This document shows, one piece after another, positions 1 to 10,847 of a DNA stretch of 64,000 nt (positions are counted from its first letter, which is position 1; each line of letters opens with the position of its first letter). A program made the position numbers and the translations under genes. Source of the stretch: Octopus vulgaris (Eukaryota); assembly GCA_951406725.2 (NCBI GenBank), contig OX597818.1:42160001-42224000 (forward strand), given 5' to 3'. The notes under the pieces are model-generated. The model saw only the letters and a list, made by a program, of their open reading frames with translations. It had not been told where the DNA came from and made no database searches.

Positions 1-890
1 AGCATTCCCGACCACAAGAACTGCATACTAAAGCAAATGATTTTATCAAAACAATGTCTTTTATATTTATATTTTCTTCTCACTGTTTCTACTCGCCTTG
101 TGAATGACGGCTGCTTTAACCTTGGCGTTTTTAGTTCGCGTAACATATCAGGTTACATAAAACATTGAGGCTATGATTATTACATAACAGACTGCGATTA
201 AACTATTTTAAAGAAAAATCCTGGTCAAAGCGAAGCTATTTAGTAGTACACTTTATTTTCATATCTTGACTGTTTGGTGATCAAGTTTTTGCTATTGAGC
301 TGTCCAAATTAGCTCATATCAAGAAGACCTATGACAAGAGGCATTCCAGTCGCGACCATCCTGTCATTTTCTACATCTATGATGACATAGCCCAATACAT
401 CCGTTGTATTTAGGATAGTAGGGTATGATCTGAGGGGAATTTGGCTGTTATTTCAAACATGTGGAGCGATGGTGGGACAGAGGTGGGTGACCCTTTTTTA
501 GTACCAGGGGCTAATTGTAAGTGCTCAAGAATCTGTGCAAAACGCTCTGTGCTGAGGAAACTAACGAATCCTTAATTCTATAAATTTCTAAATATGCAAT
601 TTATTTTTATTTTACAGTTTGGTGTTGGGGATTAAGACATATTTATTCTTTCTTGTGTTTTTAGAGACTTCGTCAGCGAACAGTTTCAAGTATACCATAG
701 TTACTTATATATGTTACACGAGTATTTACTTGTATATGATTCACAACTCCGATTTTGTGCTAAATCTTGGTACAGTGTCTCTTTCCTTTCATAAACTTTG
801 CCCCGTGTATAAATCCCCAGTTAAAATCAAGTATGAATTGGTACAACTTATACACAATTAAATACGATAAATGCAGGCAAAATTTAGTTC
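1..890. repeat. Segment duplicated in inverted orientation at 57345-58621
   Basis: For example 61-125 ttatatttatattttcttctcactgtttctactcgccttgtgaatgacggctgctttaaccttgg is the reverse complement of about 58499-58563. Confidence 0.9.
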
Positions 891-940
891 TGTTCACATC
901 CCGAAACTGAAAATGTGCTCATGGGCTTAATCTTGCAGAG

Positions 941-1020
941 ACATACATACATACATACATACATACATACATACATACATACATACATACATACATACAT
1001 ACATACATACATACATACAT
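941..1020. repeat. (TACA)n microsatellite
   Basis: Pure tetranucleotide run; similar runs at 1582-1656, 9706-9764, 28128-28174, 47320-47413 and 48750-48841. Confidence 0.98.
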
Positions 1021-1575
1021 GGTGGTGGTTGTTCCCTCGTTATCGAGTATGGCCATTGCACGAAGCGTAATCAATGTTGTTATCGTGCAATGCCTGTGCA
1101 AGAAGAGTTTTTTTAAAGTGAGGAAAGGCTGTGCACTGAGTCAATCCCACTCACTAAGCAACAGCAGTCATAATCCGAAAAGAAGAACAAGTCAACATCA
1201 TCGGTAACCACTGAGCCGCAGGTTTTATGTCGGAGTTATCCCAGTTACCTGAGTTACCTTCTCCCAGAAGGATGCCCTAACAAAGGCTAGGAGTCCTTCA
1301 CTCCCAATGGTTTAACCGCGCGATGGGGTATTCAGTCCGATTATTTCTATGTCCCCGCGCAAGATACAGCCTTCAGACATTTATTGGATGGATGTTGACT
1401 CTCAAGAGTTCCTCCGCCCTTTGACGGGTTTTGTTTTTCATTCCGCAGGGTATCCAATAAATACCCTCCTCACCAAGCAAGCTTGGTGGGGTTGCGGGTT
1501 TAGTCGCCGACGACCCGACCATGCAACAGGTTGTACTGGGTTACATGTTACCAGTAGCATTCGAAAGTGACCTGA
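1021..1575 (-). mobile_element. Probable non-autonomous RTE-derived element (5'UTR-like part plus RTE-like 3' tail) inside a TACA tract
   Basis: GC-richer block flanked by (TACA)n on both sides. The minus-strand end CATACTCGATAACGAGGGA(ACC)n resembles RTE 3' tails (inference). Confidence 0.4.
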
Positions 1576-1627
1576 CATAAACATACATACATACATACAT
1601 ACATACATACATACATACATACATACA

Positions 1628-1658
<31 letters not shown>

Positions 1659-1949
1659 GTGTCTGTTTCGTGTTTGTGTGTATGCGTAATTCTACATAAT
1701 TATTTTTTCTTCCTTGCTCACAGTTTTAATAAAGTTTAATTAGTATTTATGTGAGTGTCTATATATGTAGTTTTGTTTGCTTTTTACCCATCCGACCACA
1801 TTACCTTCGACCAAGTTATATCCGCAACTACTCTGAGATAGATTAGAAGAAATTTTATTTTACTACGAATGGTCTTTGTTTTGCTAAGGATAAATAAACA
1901 TACTTCCGGGAAAATTACGCATGTAGGAAACCAACAAAAAAATTTATTG

Positions 1950-3810
1950 TCTGCTACCCAGACAAATGGTGCTGTACTAAACTGAATCGGGTACGCTGAT
2001 TCCGAATCTAAACTCAGAATTGCTGTAGCACGTTAGCATTTTGAATTATGCGTATAATTATATATCATTACTATATTGATATCAGGAGTAGTTAAGTTCA
2101 AGGTAAATAATTATTATTATAATATATTAGTATTGTATTTACGTTCAAGACAAATGGTATTATAATATAACGGTACTTAGTATATTTATGTTAAGGAATG
2201 CTCACTTTATTTTTGATATGCTCAGCTCAGAAATGTTTGAGTCACTTGCACTTGCGCTTTTGCGTCGTGCTGGTCTCCTGTAGTAGGAACCAGCTGTAGT
2301 CACCCATCATGTGTGGATTGAACCGGCCTTGATACCTCGTTTCCATCTCAGATATGTTCTGGTGGAACCTCTCACCATGGTCCTCACAAACGGCACCATT
2401 CTCGAGATGAGACTGCAAGAAGTGCATTTGAAGGGACATTCAACATACCATTCTTTCATACGCTGTTAGCATGTTGTTTATTAAATCAGCATAGTTTTCA
2501 GCTCTATGATTTCTAAGTAAGTTCTGTACAGCTAACATGATGGAATACCATGCCGTCAGCTCAACTGGATTCAGTTTATCTCTGAATTTGTTATCAGACA
2601 TTAATTCTCTGATCTCGGGTCCAATGAAAATGTCTGCTCTCAGTTTTGCGTCACTTTAGTCAGCACCAAATTTTACTTTTAGGTACTGGAAGTCACAACC
2701 ATTGTGTATCATTGCTTTCACAAAGTTTTACATGAGGCCGAGTTTGATGTGAAGGGGTGCAAGGAAGATCTTTTGCGGGTCTACCAGTGGCATATGCTGC
2801 ACATTGTACCGACCAACTATGCGCTCATATCTGTTTCTTTATTGCCCACGAGGGGCTAAACATAGAGAGGACAAACAAGGACAGACAAACGGATTAAGTC
2901 GATTACATCGACCCCAGTGCGTATCTGGTACTTAATTTATCGACCCCGAAAGGATGAAAGGCAAAGTCGACCTCGGCGGAATTTGAACTCAGAACGCAAC
3001 GACAGACGCAATACCGCTAAGCATTTCGCCCGGTTTGCTAACGTTTCTGCCAGTTCGCCGCCTTATCTTTTAGGCCAATCTCTTACAGTGTCGTCGCAGC
3101 TGTCCTAAATACGCAAGAAGCACATATTTCTGGTCTATCCCAGCTGTAGTCCCAGAAGGAAGGAAATCACCTTTAAATCACCACAAATATTCCACTTAAG
3201 ACCTGAGTAATTAGCTCCTTTCAGAATGAGTTCCATCGATTCATAAGTTTCTTCCATACCGACAACACGACCCACAGGAATGGAAGGTTTTTCATTACTA
3301 TTATGTAACAACACAGCTTTGAGAATAATTTTACTCGAATCTACAAACAATCTCCATTCGTTAGCCACGTGCATGTGTCCTAGTTTTTGCATGAGTGCAT
3401 TAATGTTAGTACAGAAACAAGCATAATTTTTTTTTACTTGAAAAAGAGATAAGCCTTCATAGCGAAAACGGAAAATGGAAATTTTCGTCCCTTGCTGTAG
3501 GAGATTCCATTGCTGTAGTCTGGATCCCCAAACTTCTGCTCTCTCTTTTGACAATGCTAGGTCTCTTACTAAATCGTTCAAATCTTCTTCATTAAACAAA
3601 TGGCTCATTTTTCTTAGAATCAACTACGTACTCTTTGTTGGTAGGAGAATCAGGAGGTTCATCGTTCGACGAATCAGGTCTTCAAGTGAATCATGTGAGA
3701 GGGGAACTGGGACAGTGTTCTCGAAGTTATGTGAGACTGCTTTTAGAGCTGACTTACAATCTGCATACACAATATTCTGGTATTTGGGAAATTTAGTTTT
3801 TGCATTCTAT
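1950..3810 (-). mobile_element. Degenerate Chapaev3-like (CMC superfamily) DNA transposon with pseudogenised transposase
   Basis: Minus-strand motifs LNDLVRDLxLSKE, WRLFVDSSKxxLKAVLLHN, WNICGDLKV..LLGLQxG, APLHIKLGLM, MSLQMHFLQSHL and EDHGERFHQNISEMETRYQG, with stops and frameshifts. Split by a SINE at 2834-3062. Confidence 0.75.
2834..3062 (-). mobile_element. tRNA-derived SINE family A (head GGCGGCGAGCTGGCAGAA, core GCCTTTCATCCTTTCGGGGTCG)
   Basis: Near-identical to copies at 13086-13319, 30087-30305 and 46706-46937; B-box-like GAGTTCAAATTC. Confidence 0.9.
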
Positions 3811-3999
3811 TAACGAAACTACTAAATTTTCAAGTATACACTTATTGGCACAGGAGTGGCTGTGTGGTAAGTAGCTTGCTTACTAACCACATGAAAACGT
3901 TTATGCTACTCGTGTTCAATTAATAAATTGTGTTGTTTCTCTCTGTCTCCCCCTATCTTTATCTGTATGTGACTATTTCTGTGCGCGCGCGCTTTTGTC

Positions 4000-4367
4000 T
4001 CCAGGAATTCTGTTTTCGGTTGTGTTCGGGCCTTTTCCCTTTCATCAAGCCAAAGTCTACGACGCTTAACATTTTGATTACAGACTCATTTTTCATCACC
4101 GGTCACCAGTCTGTCCAAAAAGGGTGAGATGAGTTCACGAGAATGAAGAGAAGAGCAGATGTCCACTTGAGATTTGCAGTTGGCTTCAGACAAATAATTT
4201 TCTGAGTTTTGGGACTTTTCCAAGCTGTTGAAGACGGCGGTGAACAGTTGTATGGTTTGAACGAAGCTTGCTTATCAATTCTTCAACTGAAACTGTATGA
4301 TCTTTTTCAAGTTATGCCAAAAAGAGCTTGCCATCAAATTCAGTTAGACGTCCTGTTCGGGTCTCAT
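4000..4367 (-). pseudogene. Mariner transposase fragment
   Basis: Minus-strand translation ETRTGRLTEFD...VSVEELISKLRSNHTTVHRRLQQLGKVPKL / VDICSSLHSRELISPFLDRLVTGDEK*V, i.e. the HTH and first catalytic TGDEKW motif, with stops. Confidence 0.85.
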
Positions 4368-4483
4368 CTACAAAATATATATATCAAAAATATAAACACT
4401 GAATATATATTTCGTTTTTGGATTTGGTTTGCAAGATTCTTTATATGAGTTCGTGTGTTGAAGTATATTCTATTGTGTCTGGT

Positions 4484-4740
4484 GAGAGTCATTCTCTTTT
4501 AGTGCCTTATTATTTAACACACTCACCGGTACAATTTCCACTTGTTTCTTATTTTTATTTCCTAAAATTTTCGTTGCGTCTTGCAACCTTTTCAATAGTC
4601 TTGACTCTGTCCCTTAGAGTCAAGACTATTGAAAAGGTTGCAAGACGCAACGAAAATTTTAGGAAATAAAAATAAGAAACAAGTGGAAATTGTACCGGTG
4701 AGTGTGTTAAATAATAAGGCACTAAAAGAGAATGACTCTC
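4484..4740. repeat. Perfect inverted repeat, 125-bp arms with 7-nt loop (probable Penelope-like inverted terminal repeat)
   Basis: 4484-4608 is the reverse complement of 4616-4740; loop gtccctt. The mirror ORFs 4418..4669(+) and 4555..4812(-) share the same peptide. Confidence 0.95.
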
Positions 4741-5565
4741 CTCAGACATAACAGAACTGAATATATACTTATTGATGTAATATAACAGGCGAACTGAATG
4801 AATCTTCCACACAGTTTCGATTCCGAATTGTATATATTTTAGTTCAGTTCGTCGCTAATGTCTCTGCAGAAAGTAACTGCAACTTACAAAATACACATGC
4901 TACACCACTGATCCCAAATTTCTGTGTGTATGTACGAGTATATATATATATTACTGACAAGGAAGAAAATTTCGAACGCATTACAACTGTGAAAACAACA
5001 GAGAAAGATTGGATATTTACCTTGAGAAGATGGGAAAAAGTTGTCAGCAGCTGGCCTCCCTCTCCTACCCTTTCTCCCCACTATTCTTATACGTACCCAC
5101 CCTCTTGATCCCCCACCACACACACACAATATCTTCCCCACAGACTCATTCTGCATACACACTTTTAATTTTTTCTTCTTTATTTCCTCCTGATACTTTC
5201 CTAACAACAAGGTCTGATAGACACACAATGTAATAGCACGTCTTTGATGCAAGTCTGAGGAAGAGCCTCTCCAATGCCCAAAACTGCAAATATTACGTAA
5301 TTTTTCTTTTAGAATTTCCGCGAAAACTGACGTTGCAAATGGAGATGGTACGGAAACATTTGTAACTTATAATTAATGATGTTAAGAATTTTCTTTGTCT
5401 TCTTCTTTTCATCGATGTTCCTTGTTTCTTTGTGTGCTCCTTTCTGTGGAAGAGCGTAGGCTCGAAACGTTAACGGCTTTTTCACTTCCCGAGCGTTATA
5501 CTAATACATCTATTTGTTGTCTACAACACCTGTCTTCATCTTTTGTTGTTTTTTTTGTGAATTCT

Positions 5566-5639
<74 letters not shown>

Positions 5640-5650
5640 TTTTTAATTGT

Positions 5651-5695
<45 letters not shown>

Positions 5696-5713
5696 GAAGC
5701 ACAATATTCCTAA

Positions 5714-6200
5714 TTATGGTATATAACCGGTCAGAATCTTACCGACAGACGGTTTTGCGCTGACTATTGCACTTGGCAATATTGAAGACTCATCAAAGCG
5801 CAGAGTCTCTTTTGAGAGAATCCAATTGGTGACAAATCTGTTGTCAATCCTATGTGGTGTCTCTGTGAAAGTCATTGAAGAAGCATTTGTTTTATAACCT
5901 GCTACACATATAATATCATAATATTCTACTCTCTGCTCATTATGTAATAGCGGATCTTTCATCCTATTACACAATGAGCATACTTTTCATTTTTGTTACA
6001 TTGCATTTCGCACAATAATTCCTTATTGTTACTATACTGATTAATTGCACCATTTATTGGTATTGGTAAGATATAATCTTGGAGTGTTTTGCTCAAGTTT
6101 TTAAATTTGTCTTGGAGACGCAAAAATGTTTGATCGTGATATTAGAATCAGTGATTCTTGTTCTTTCTATGGATAGGAAATGTTGCATTATTGAACCGTC
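5714..6200 (-). pseudogene. Highly decayed Helitron RepHel (Pif1 helicase N-terminal) relic
   Basis: RLQDKFKNLSKTLQDYILPIP...NKELLCE...LHNEQRVEYYDII...FTETPHRIDNRFVTNWILSK parallels the Helitron GKSLxDFGLPxP...LNxEQRxxYDxI...FLDAPGGTGKTFxxNLIL block; Walker A is eroded. Confidence 0.5.
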
Positions 6201-6464
6201 TCGTGATTATCGTGAATAAGCAGCAAGGGAGAAAATGCGATGTCAATCAATGACTAATGCCATATATGTTTTTCCAACAGAAACTGGAAATGTTTCGGCC
6301 TTTTCCTGACTTGCCAAGCGAAGCATAATTTTCATCGTATTTATTGAAGTAGTTTATAAAAATGATACACCGAATGTTCGTCAGCAAACATCCAATAAAT
6401 GAATAATCGAATGAAATTTATAAGCACCCCCAAAAAATATTTGATCGTTTACACTGCTCACTCG

Positions 6465-6720
6465 TGGAGGCGCGTGGCTTAGTGGTTAGAGTGTCAGCAA
6501 CATGATCGTAAGATTGTGGTTTCGATTCCTGGACCAGGCGACGCGTTGTGTTCTTGAGCAAAATACTTCATTTCACGTTGCTCCAGTCCACTCAGCTGGC
6601 AAAAATGAGTAACGCTGCGATGGACTGGCGTCCCGTCCAGCTGGGGAACACATACGCCATAGAAACCGGGAAACCGGGCCCATGAGCCTGGCTAGGCTTT
6701 AAAAGGGCGCATTTATTTTT
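6465..6720 (+). mobile_element. tRNA-derived SINE family C
   Basis: A box TGGCTTAGTGG, B box GGTTTCGATTCC, (TTTA) tail, TSD tacactgctcactc on both sides. Confidence 0.9.
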
Positions 6721-7114
6721 ATTTTTATTACACTGCTCACTCACACTGTGTTATGAAAATATTGCTGTACGTAGTGAGTGATCAGAAGAAAATACCAACA
6801 TATGCTTTATGTGTTGTATATGAATAGAATATAAGACCAAAATTTGCTTTTTGCATTAGTGATGTAAACAAGTTCCTAGCTTTAAAACTATGGTTCAATT
6901 AACTCACCATCGCACACCTTGTTTAAGTTGTCAAACACCTATTTGATTCTCTCTCTCCTATATACTAAATATACCAGCATGGTAATTTACTAATCTACCG
7001 GTGATTAATGCTCATATTGGAATCCACGCATCCAAACACTTATTTGGTGCTCAACCTGCTCAGCTCAATCTTCTTCAAATCATACACAACTGTATTAAGT
7101 AGGGAAAGGACTTG

Positions 7115-7410
7115 TAGTGACGCCATTTTGGAAATCTTCAGCACGCATACGCAGAGTTTGGATTCTTCCGGGAGGCCTGCCGGAAGTTCCCTCGTGCGCA
7201 TGCGCAGAAAACTTGCAGCAGCAAAATTTCCCGCGTATCGACCTCTCCCGAATGATGACAGTCGAATAAGACGGTCGTGTTACAGCACCTCTCTCAAACT
7301 GCTACCGCGTGGCGTTGCTGCACTATGCTCGAACGGACAGGATTTGGCTCACTCCACTTGACTAATGCGGCGAGCTCCTCGGGTACCGATTCGCCCCGAA
7401 GAAGAATGTA
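7115..7410. promoter_or_regulatory. CpG-rich promoter-like patch with YY1, ETS and NRF1 consensus motifs
   Basis: CGCCATTTT (7121-7129), CCGGAAGT (7180-7187) and TGCGCATGCGCA (7195-7206) cluster within about 90 bp in an otherwise CpG-poor window. Confidence 0.5.
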
Positions 7411-7820
7411 TATATTGCGAATCCAGAAATAAAAATATTTATGCCGTTGAAGATATTCGGAAGTCTTGGCTTTTCCTTCGATTAATAATTTAATGTAAGG
7501 AATGAGAGCTGCACCCCTCCAGTGTTACAGACCTTTCGTCTTGTTACAGACTCATTAGATAATTTATTCCACTTTACATCTAAAAGGACTAGATGGTCAT
7601 AACAAGGAGCCAGATAACACCATCAATAACCTGATTGATGAAGCTAGGGAAGATCGTCTATTGTCTAATCGCGACGCTTTAATCCCAACAGTAATCAGTT
7701 TTTAAACAGATGCAAATATTTTATCCCCTCTCCATAAAAAACAATGAAATATAATACTGTTTCAAGTTGGTAGTTCATTTATTTGCAAACTTTTCAAACG
7801 ACAATGTTGCTACGAGAAAA

Positions 7821-8330
7821 TCTATATATATAAAACTCAACTTGTGTGTCTGTGTGTGTATCTGTTTGTGTGTCTGTGTGTTTAACTTCCCGGCACATCT
7901 CCTCCTAGCCAACAAATCGTAGAACCACCAAAAATGGGTCACTTAAAGTTTAGGCGAATGAAAATTGAACTGCGCTATTTCTGTTCCGAAATTTATCTCG
8001 CTAGTGCAAAAATTGATAATATGTTTGTTTAGGCCTTATCCCATGCATTGAATAGTGAACTTTACTCAGTCAGCTGTTTGACGTGAACTGTGTTCACCAC
8101 GCGTGCAAGCATGCGTAAATTGCATGAAAAATAAAAAAATCAAGATATAAAAACGAATCGCCGTAAACATTGTAGAAATTCGACAAAGAAATGAATTTTC
8201 GGGATGTAGCCTGGAGGGTTTTTTTGTATTAATCGTTTGGACTTTGTGAACACATACCAATTGTTTTCATAACTCTTTTAACGCTTTGAATTAAATGTGA
8301 CCATTTTGCAAAGCCGGGCAATACTGCTAG
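7821..8330 (+). mobile_element. Non-autonomous Helitron
   Basis: A|TCTATATATATAAAA 5' end followed by (TGTC/TG) repeats; 3' GCAAAGCCGGGCAATACTGCTAG|T; no TSD. Confidence 0.75.
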
Positions 8331-9096
8331 TATGGAATAAAGGAAAAGCTTGTATGTGAAATTGGAAGGAAATAAAATCGTTCTGAACATGTCATAATGT
8401 AAATCTGCTTTGTAAACTAATATCATTCCACTAACCTGAACTAGAAAAGAGCAGCAACACTATTTAGAATTATTATACTGTAAGAGCACTTAAGAGAACA
8501 AAACACCCAAAATAAAAACAAAAATGTAAAAAGCAACGGCGAAATTTATGAAATTGAAAAGTTCTATGTTGACACAGAAAGATGAAATTGCGCAGAGACT
8601 CTTGAACGACAAAAAGAAGAAAAGAAAAGGAAAGAAAGCACAAAATGACGTCTATTTTGTTGTGTTGGTAGCGGGAGTGTATTTATATGGTTCTGATTGA
8701 TAGTTTACAGTATGTCAACAGCTAGAAACCCATTCCTGGTGAAAATTTTCATTTGTTTATAAGGAGTTTCATTACAATCTGAATGTTGACTATGTTGTCG
8801 GAACACAAGACAGAAGGAACTATTTCTGTCTGTCAGCTGGAGTTACACTAAGTATGCAGCTAGTGAGTGATAGGCTTGTTGTAAAGATTCGTATTTAGAT
8901 TTAAAAAATCTTCTAGTTTTGGAAATGCTTTTGACTTAACTTCAAAAAGTCAACACAAACGCTTTAATTTATGATTGGGTAGTTAAACCAAAGTGCAGCT
9001 GTTTCTGTTCTGCGTTCAAATCCCACCGAAGACAGCTTTAACATCCATGTCTTCAGTGGTCTACAAGCAAAGTACAAGTTAAATACTGGAACCGAT

Positions 9097-9220
9097 TTCT
9101 TCTTCTTCTTCTTCTTCTTCTTCTTCTTCTTCTTCTTCTTCTTCTTCTTCTTCTTCTTCTTCTTCTTCTTCTTCTTCTTCTTCTTCTTCTTCTTCTTCTT
9201 CTTCTTCTTCTTCTTCTTCT
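9097..9220. repeat. (TTC)n microsatellite
   Basis: Pure trinucleotide run; explains the poly-E ORF 9079..9297. Confidence 0.98.
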
Positions 9221-9307
9221 CCGTCTCTTTCCCTCTCTATGATGTGGTTAACTACATACATACATACATACATACACACATACACACACACATACATACG
9301 TACGAGT

Positions 9308-9688
9308 GGAGGCGCAATAGCCCAGTAGTTAGGGCAGCGGACTCGCGGTCGTAGGATCGCGGTTTCGATTCCCAGACCGGGCGTTGTGAGTGTTTATTGA
9401 GCGAAAACACCTAAAGCTCCACGATTCTCCGGCAGGGGATGGTGGTGATCCCTGCTGTACTCTTTCACCACAACTTTCTCTCACTCTTACTTCCTGTTTC
9501 TGTTGTACCTGTATTTCAAAGGGCCGGCCTTGTCACTCTCTGTGTCACGCTGAATATCCCCGAGAACTACGGTAAGGGTACACGTGTCTGTGGAGTGCTC
9601 AGCCACTTACACGTTAATTTCACGAGCAGGCTGTTCCGTTGATTTGAATCAACCGGAACCCTCGTCGTCGTAACCGACGGAGTGCTTT
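9308..9688 (+). mobile_element. tRNA-derived SINE family B (head GGAGGCGCAATGGCCCAGTGGTTAGGGC)
   Basis: A and B boxes; about 380 bp; near-identical to 13669-14050(-), 16457-16836(+) and 33256-33634(-). Confidence 0.9.
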
Positions 9689-10273
9689 CTTCCTACCTAC
9701 CTACCTACATACATACATACATACATACATACATACATACATACATACATACATACATACATACACCAGCGTAGCTAGAATGTGTCTCCCGGAGTGGCCC
9801 TTCCGGTTGCCGCCTCCGGACCCTACAAAAAAAAAACACATATTGCCTACAACACACCCAAAAGTGCCGCCCCTTTAAACGTGCCACCCGGGACAACATC
9901 AACGTCCTCTCAACGATTAGCCAGAGATGATTTTTAAGATGAAAATATCTGAAATAAACTTTACTGCTCTCACAAACGAGAATACTAAAAATGAGCCAAA
10001 CCGATTTCAAAAATTAAGTAAAATGACAAGAAAAATAATCCAGAATCCTTGTCCGGTACCGGATTGACACCAAAATCTAATCAGTTCGTGCCAGTCACGA
10101 GATCAAACATTCCTGACAGTTTCATCCAAATCCATCCAGCGGTTCTCGAGATATCTTGTCCACGGACAAACAAACAAACAAACAAATATGACTGAAAACA
10201 ATACCTCCACCTTCGCTAAGGCAGAGGTAAAAAAAACTACACGGAACAATAATGCGACAAGTTGTAAACAATG

Positions 10274-10673
10274 TTCTTTTCTACTCTAGGCACGAGGCCC
10301 GAAATTTTGAGGGAGGGGACCAGTGGATTAAATCGAACCCAGTACGCAACTGGTACTTAATTTAACGAATCCGAAAGGATGAAAGGCAAAGTCGATCTCG
10401 CCGGAATTTGAACTCAGAACGTAAAAACATACGAAATTACCTATTTCTTTACTACCCACAAGGGGCTAAACACAGAGGGGACAAACAAGGACAGACAAAC
10501 AGATTAAGTCGATTACATCGACCCCAGTGCGTAACTGGTACTTATTTAATCGACCCCGAAAGGATGAAAGGCAAAGTCGATCACGGCGGAATTTGAACTC
10601 AGAACGTAAAAACAGACGAAATACCGCTAAGGATTTCGCCTGGCGTTCTACCAATTCTGCCAGCTCGCTGCCT
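10274..10673 (-). mobile_element. Dimeric family A SINE
   Basis: Two tandem core units bounded by one ~17-bp TSD, aagttgtaa(a/g)caatgtt. Confidence 0.88.
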
Positions 10674-10847
10674 TAAGTTGTAAGCAATGTTGCAAGAAAA
10701 CAGACGTAATTAACTTTTTCTTCTCTAACATATATTCTAACAATCATTTATACGAGAGGCAAAAGGTCTGAAATTGTGGGGAAAAGAGGGTCGATGAAAT
10801 CGACCTCAGTACTCAACTGGTATTTATTTTATCAAAGCCCCAAAAGA

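Noticed and set aside
919-1101. ORFs such as [26 protein letters not shown] here and throughout the window
   Set aside because: They are translations of (TACA)n, (TA)n and (CA)n microsatellites.
9079-9297. Poly-glutamate ORF
   Set aside because: Pure (TTC)n microsatellite adjoining a SINE remnant, with no splice context.
9308-9385. tRNA gene
   Set aside because: The tRNA-like head continues into a 380-bp SINE body with many copies; the same applies to the other A/B-box hits in SINEs.
9439-9642. Recurrent 'MVVIPAVLFHHNFLS' and 'RPRKDERQSRPRRNLNSE' ORFs resembling a gene family
   Set aside because: Chance ORFs within SINE families B and A.
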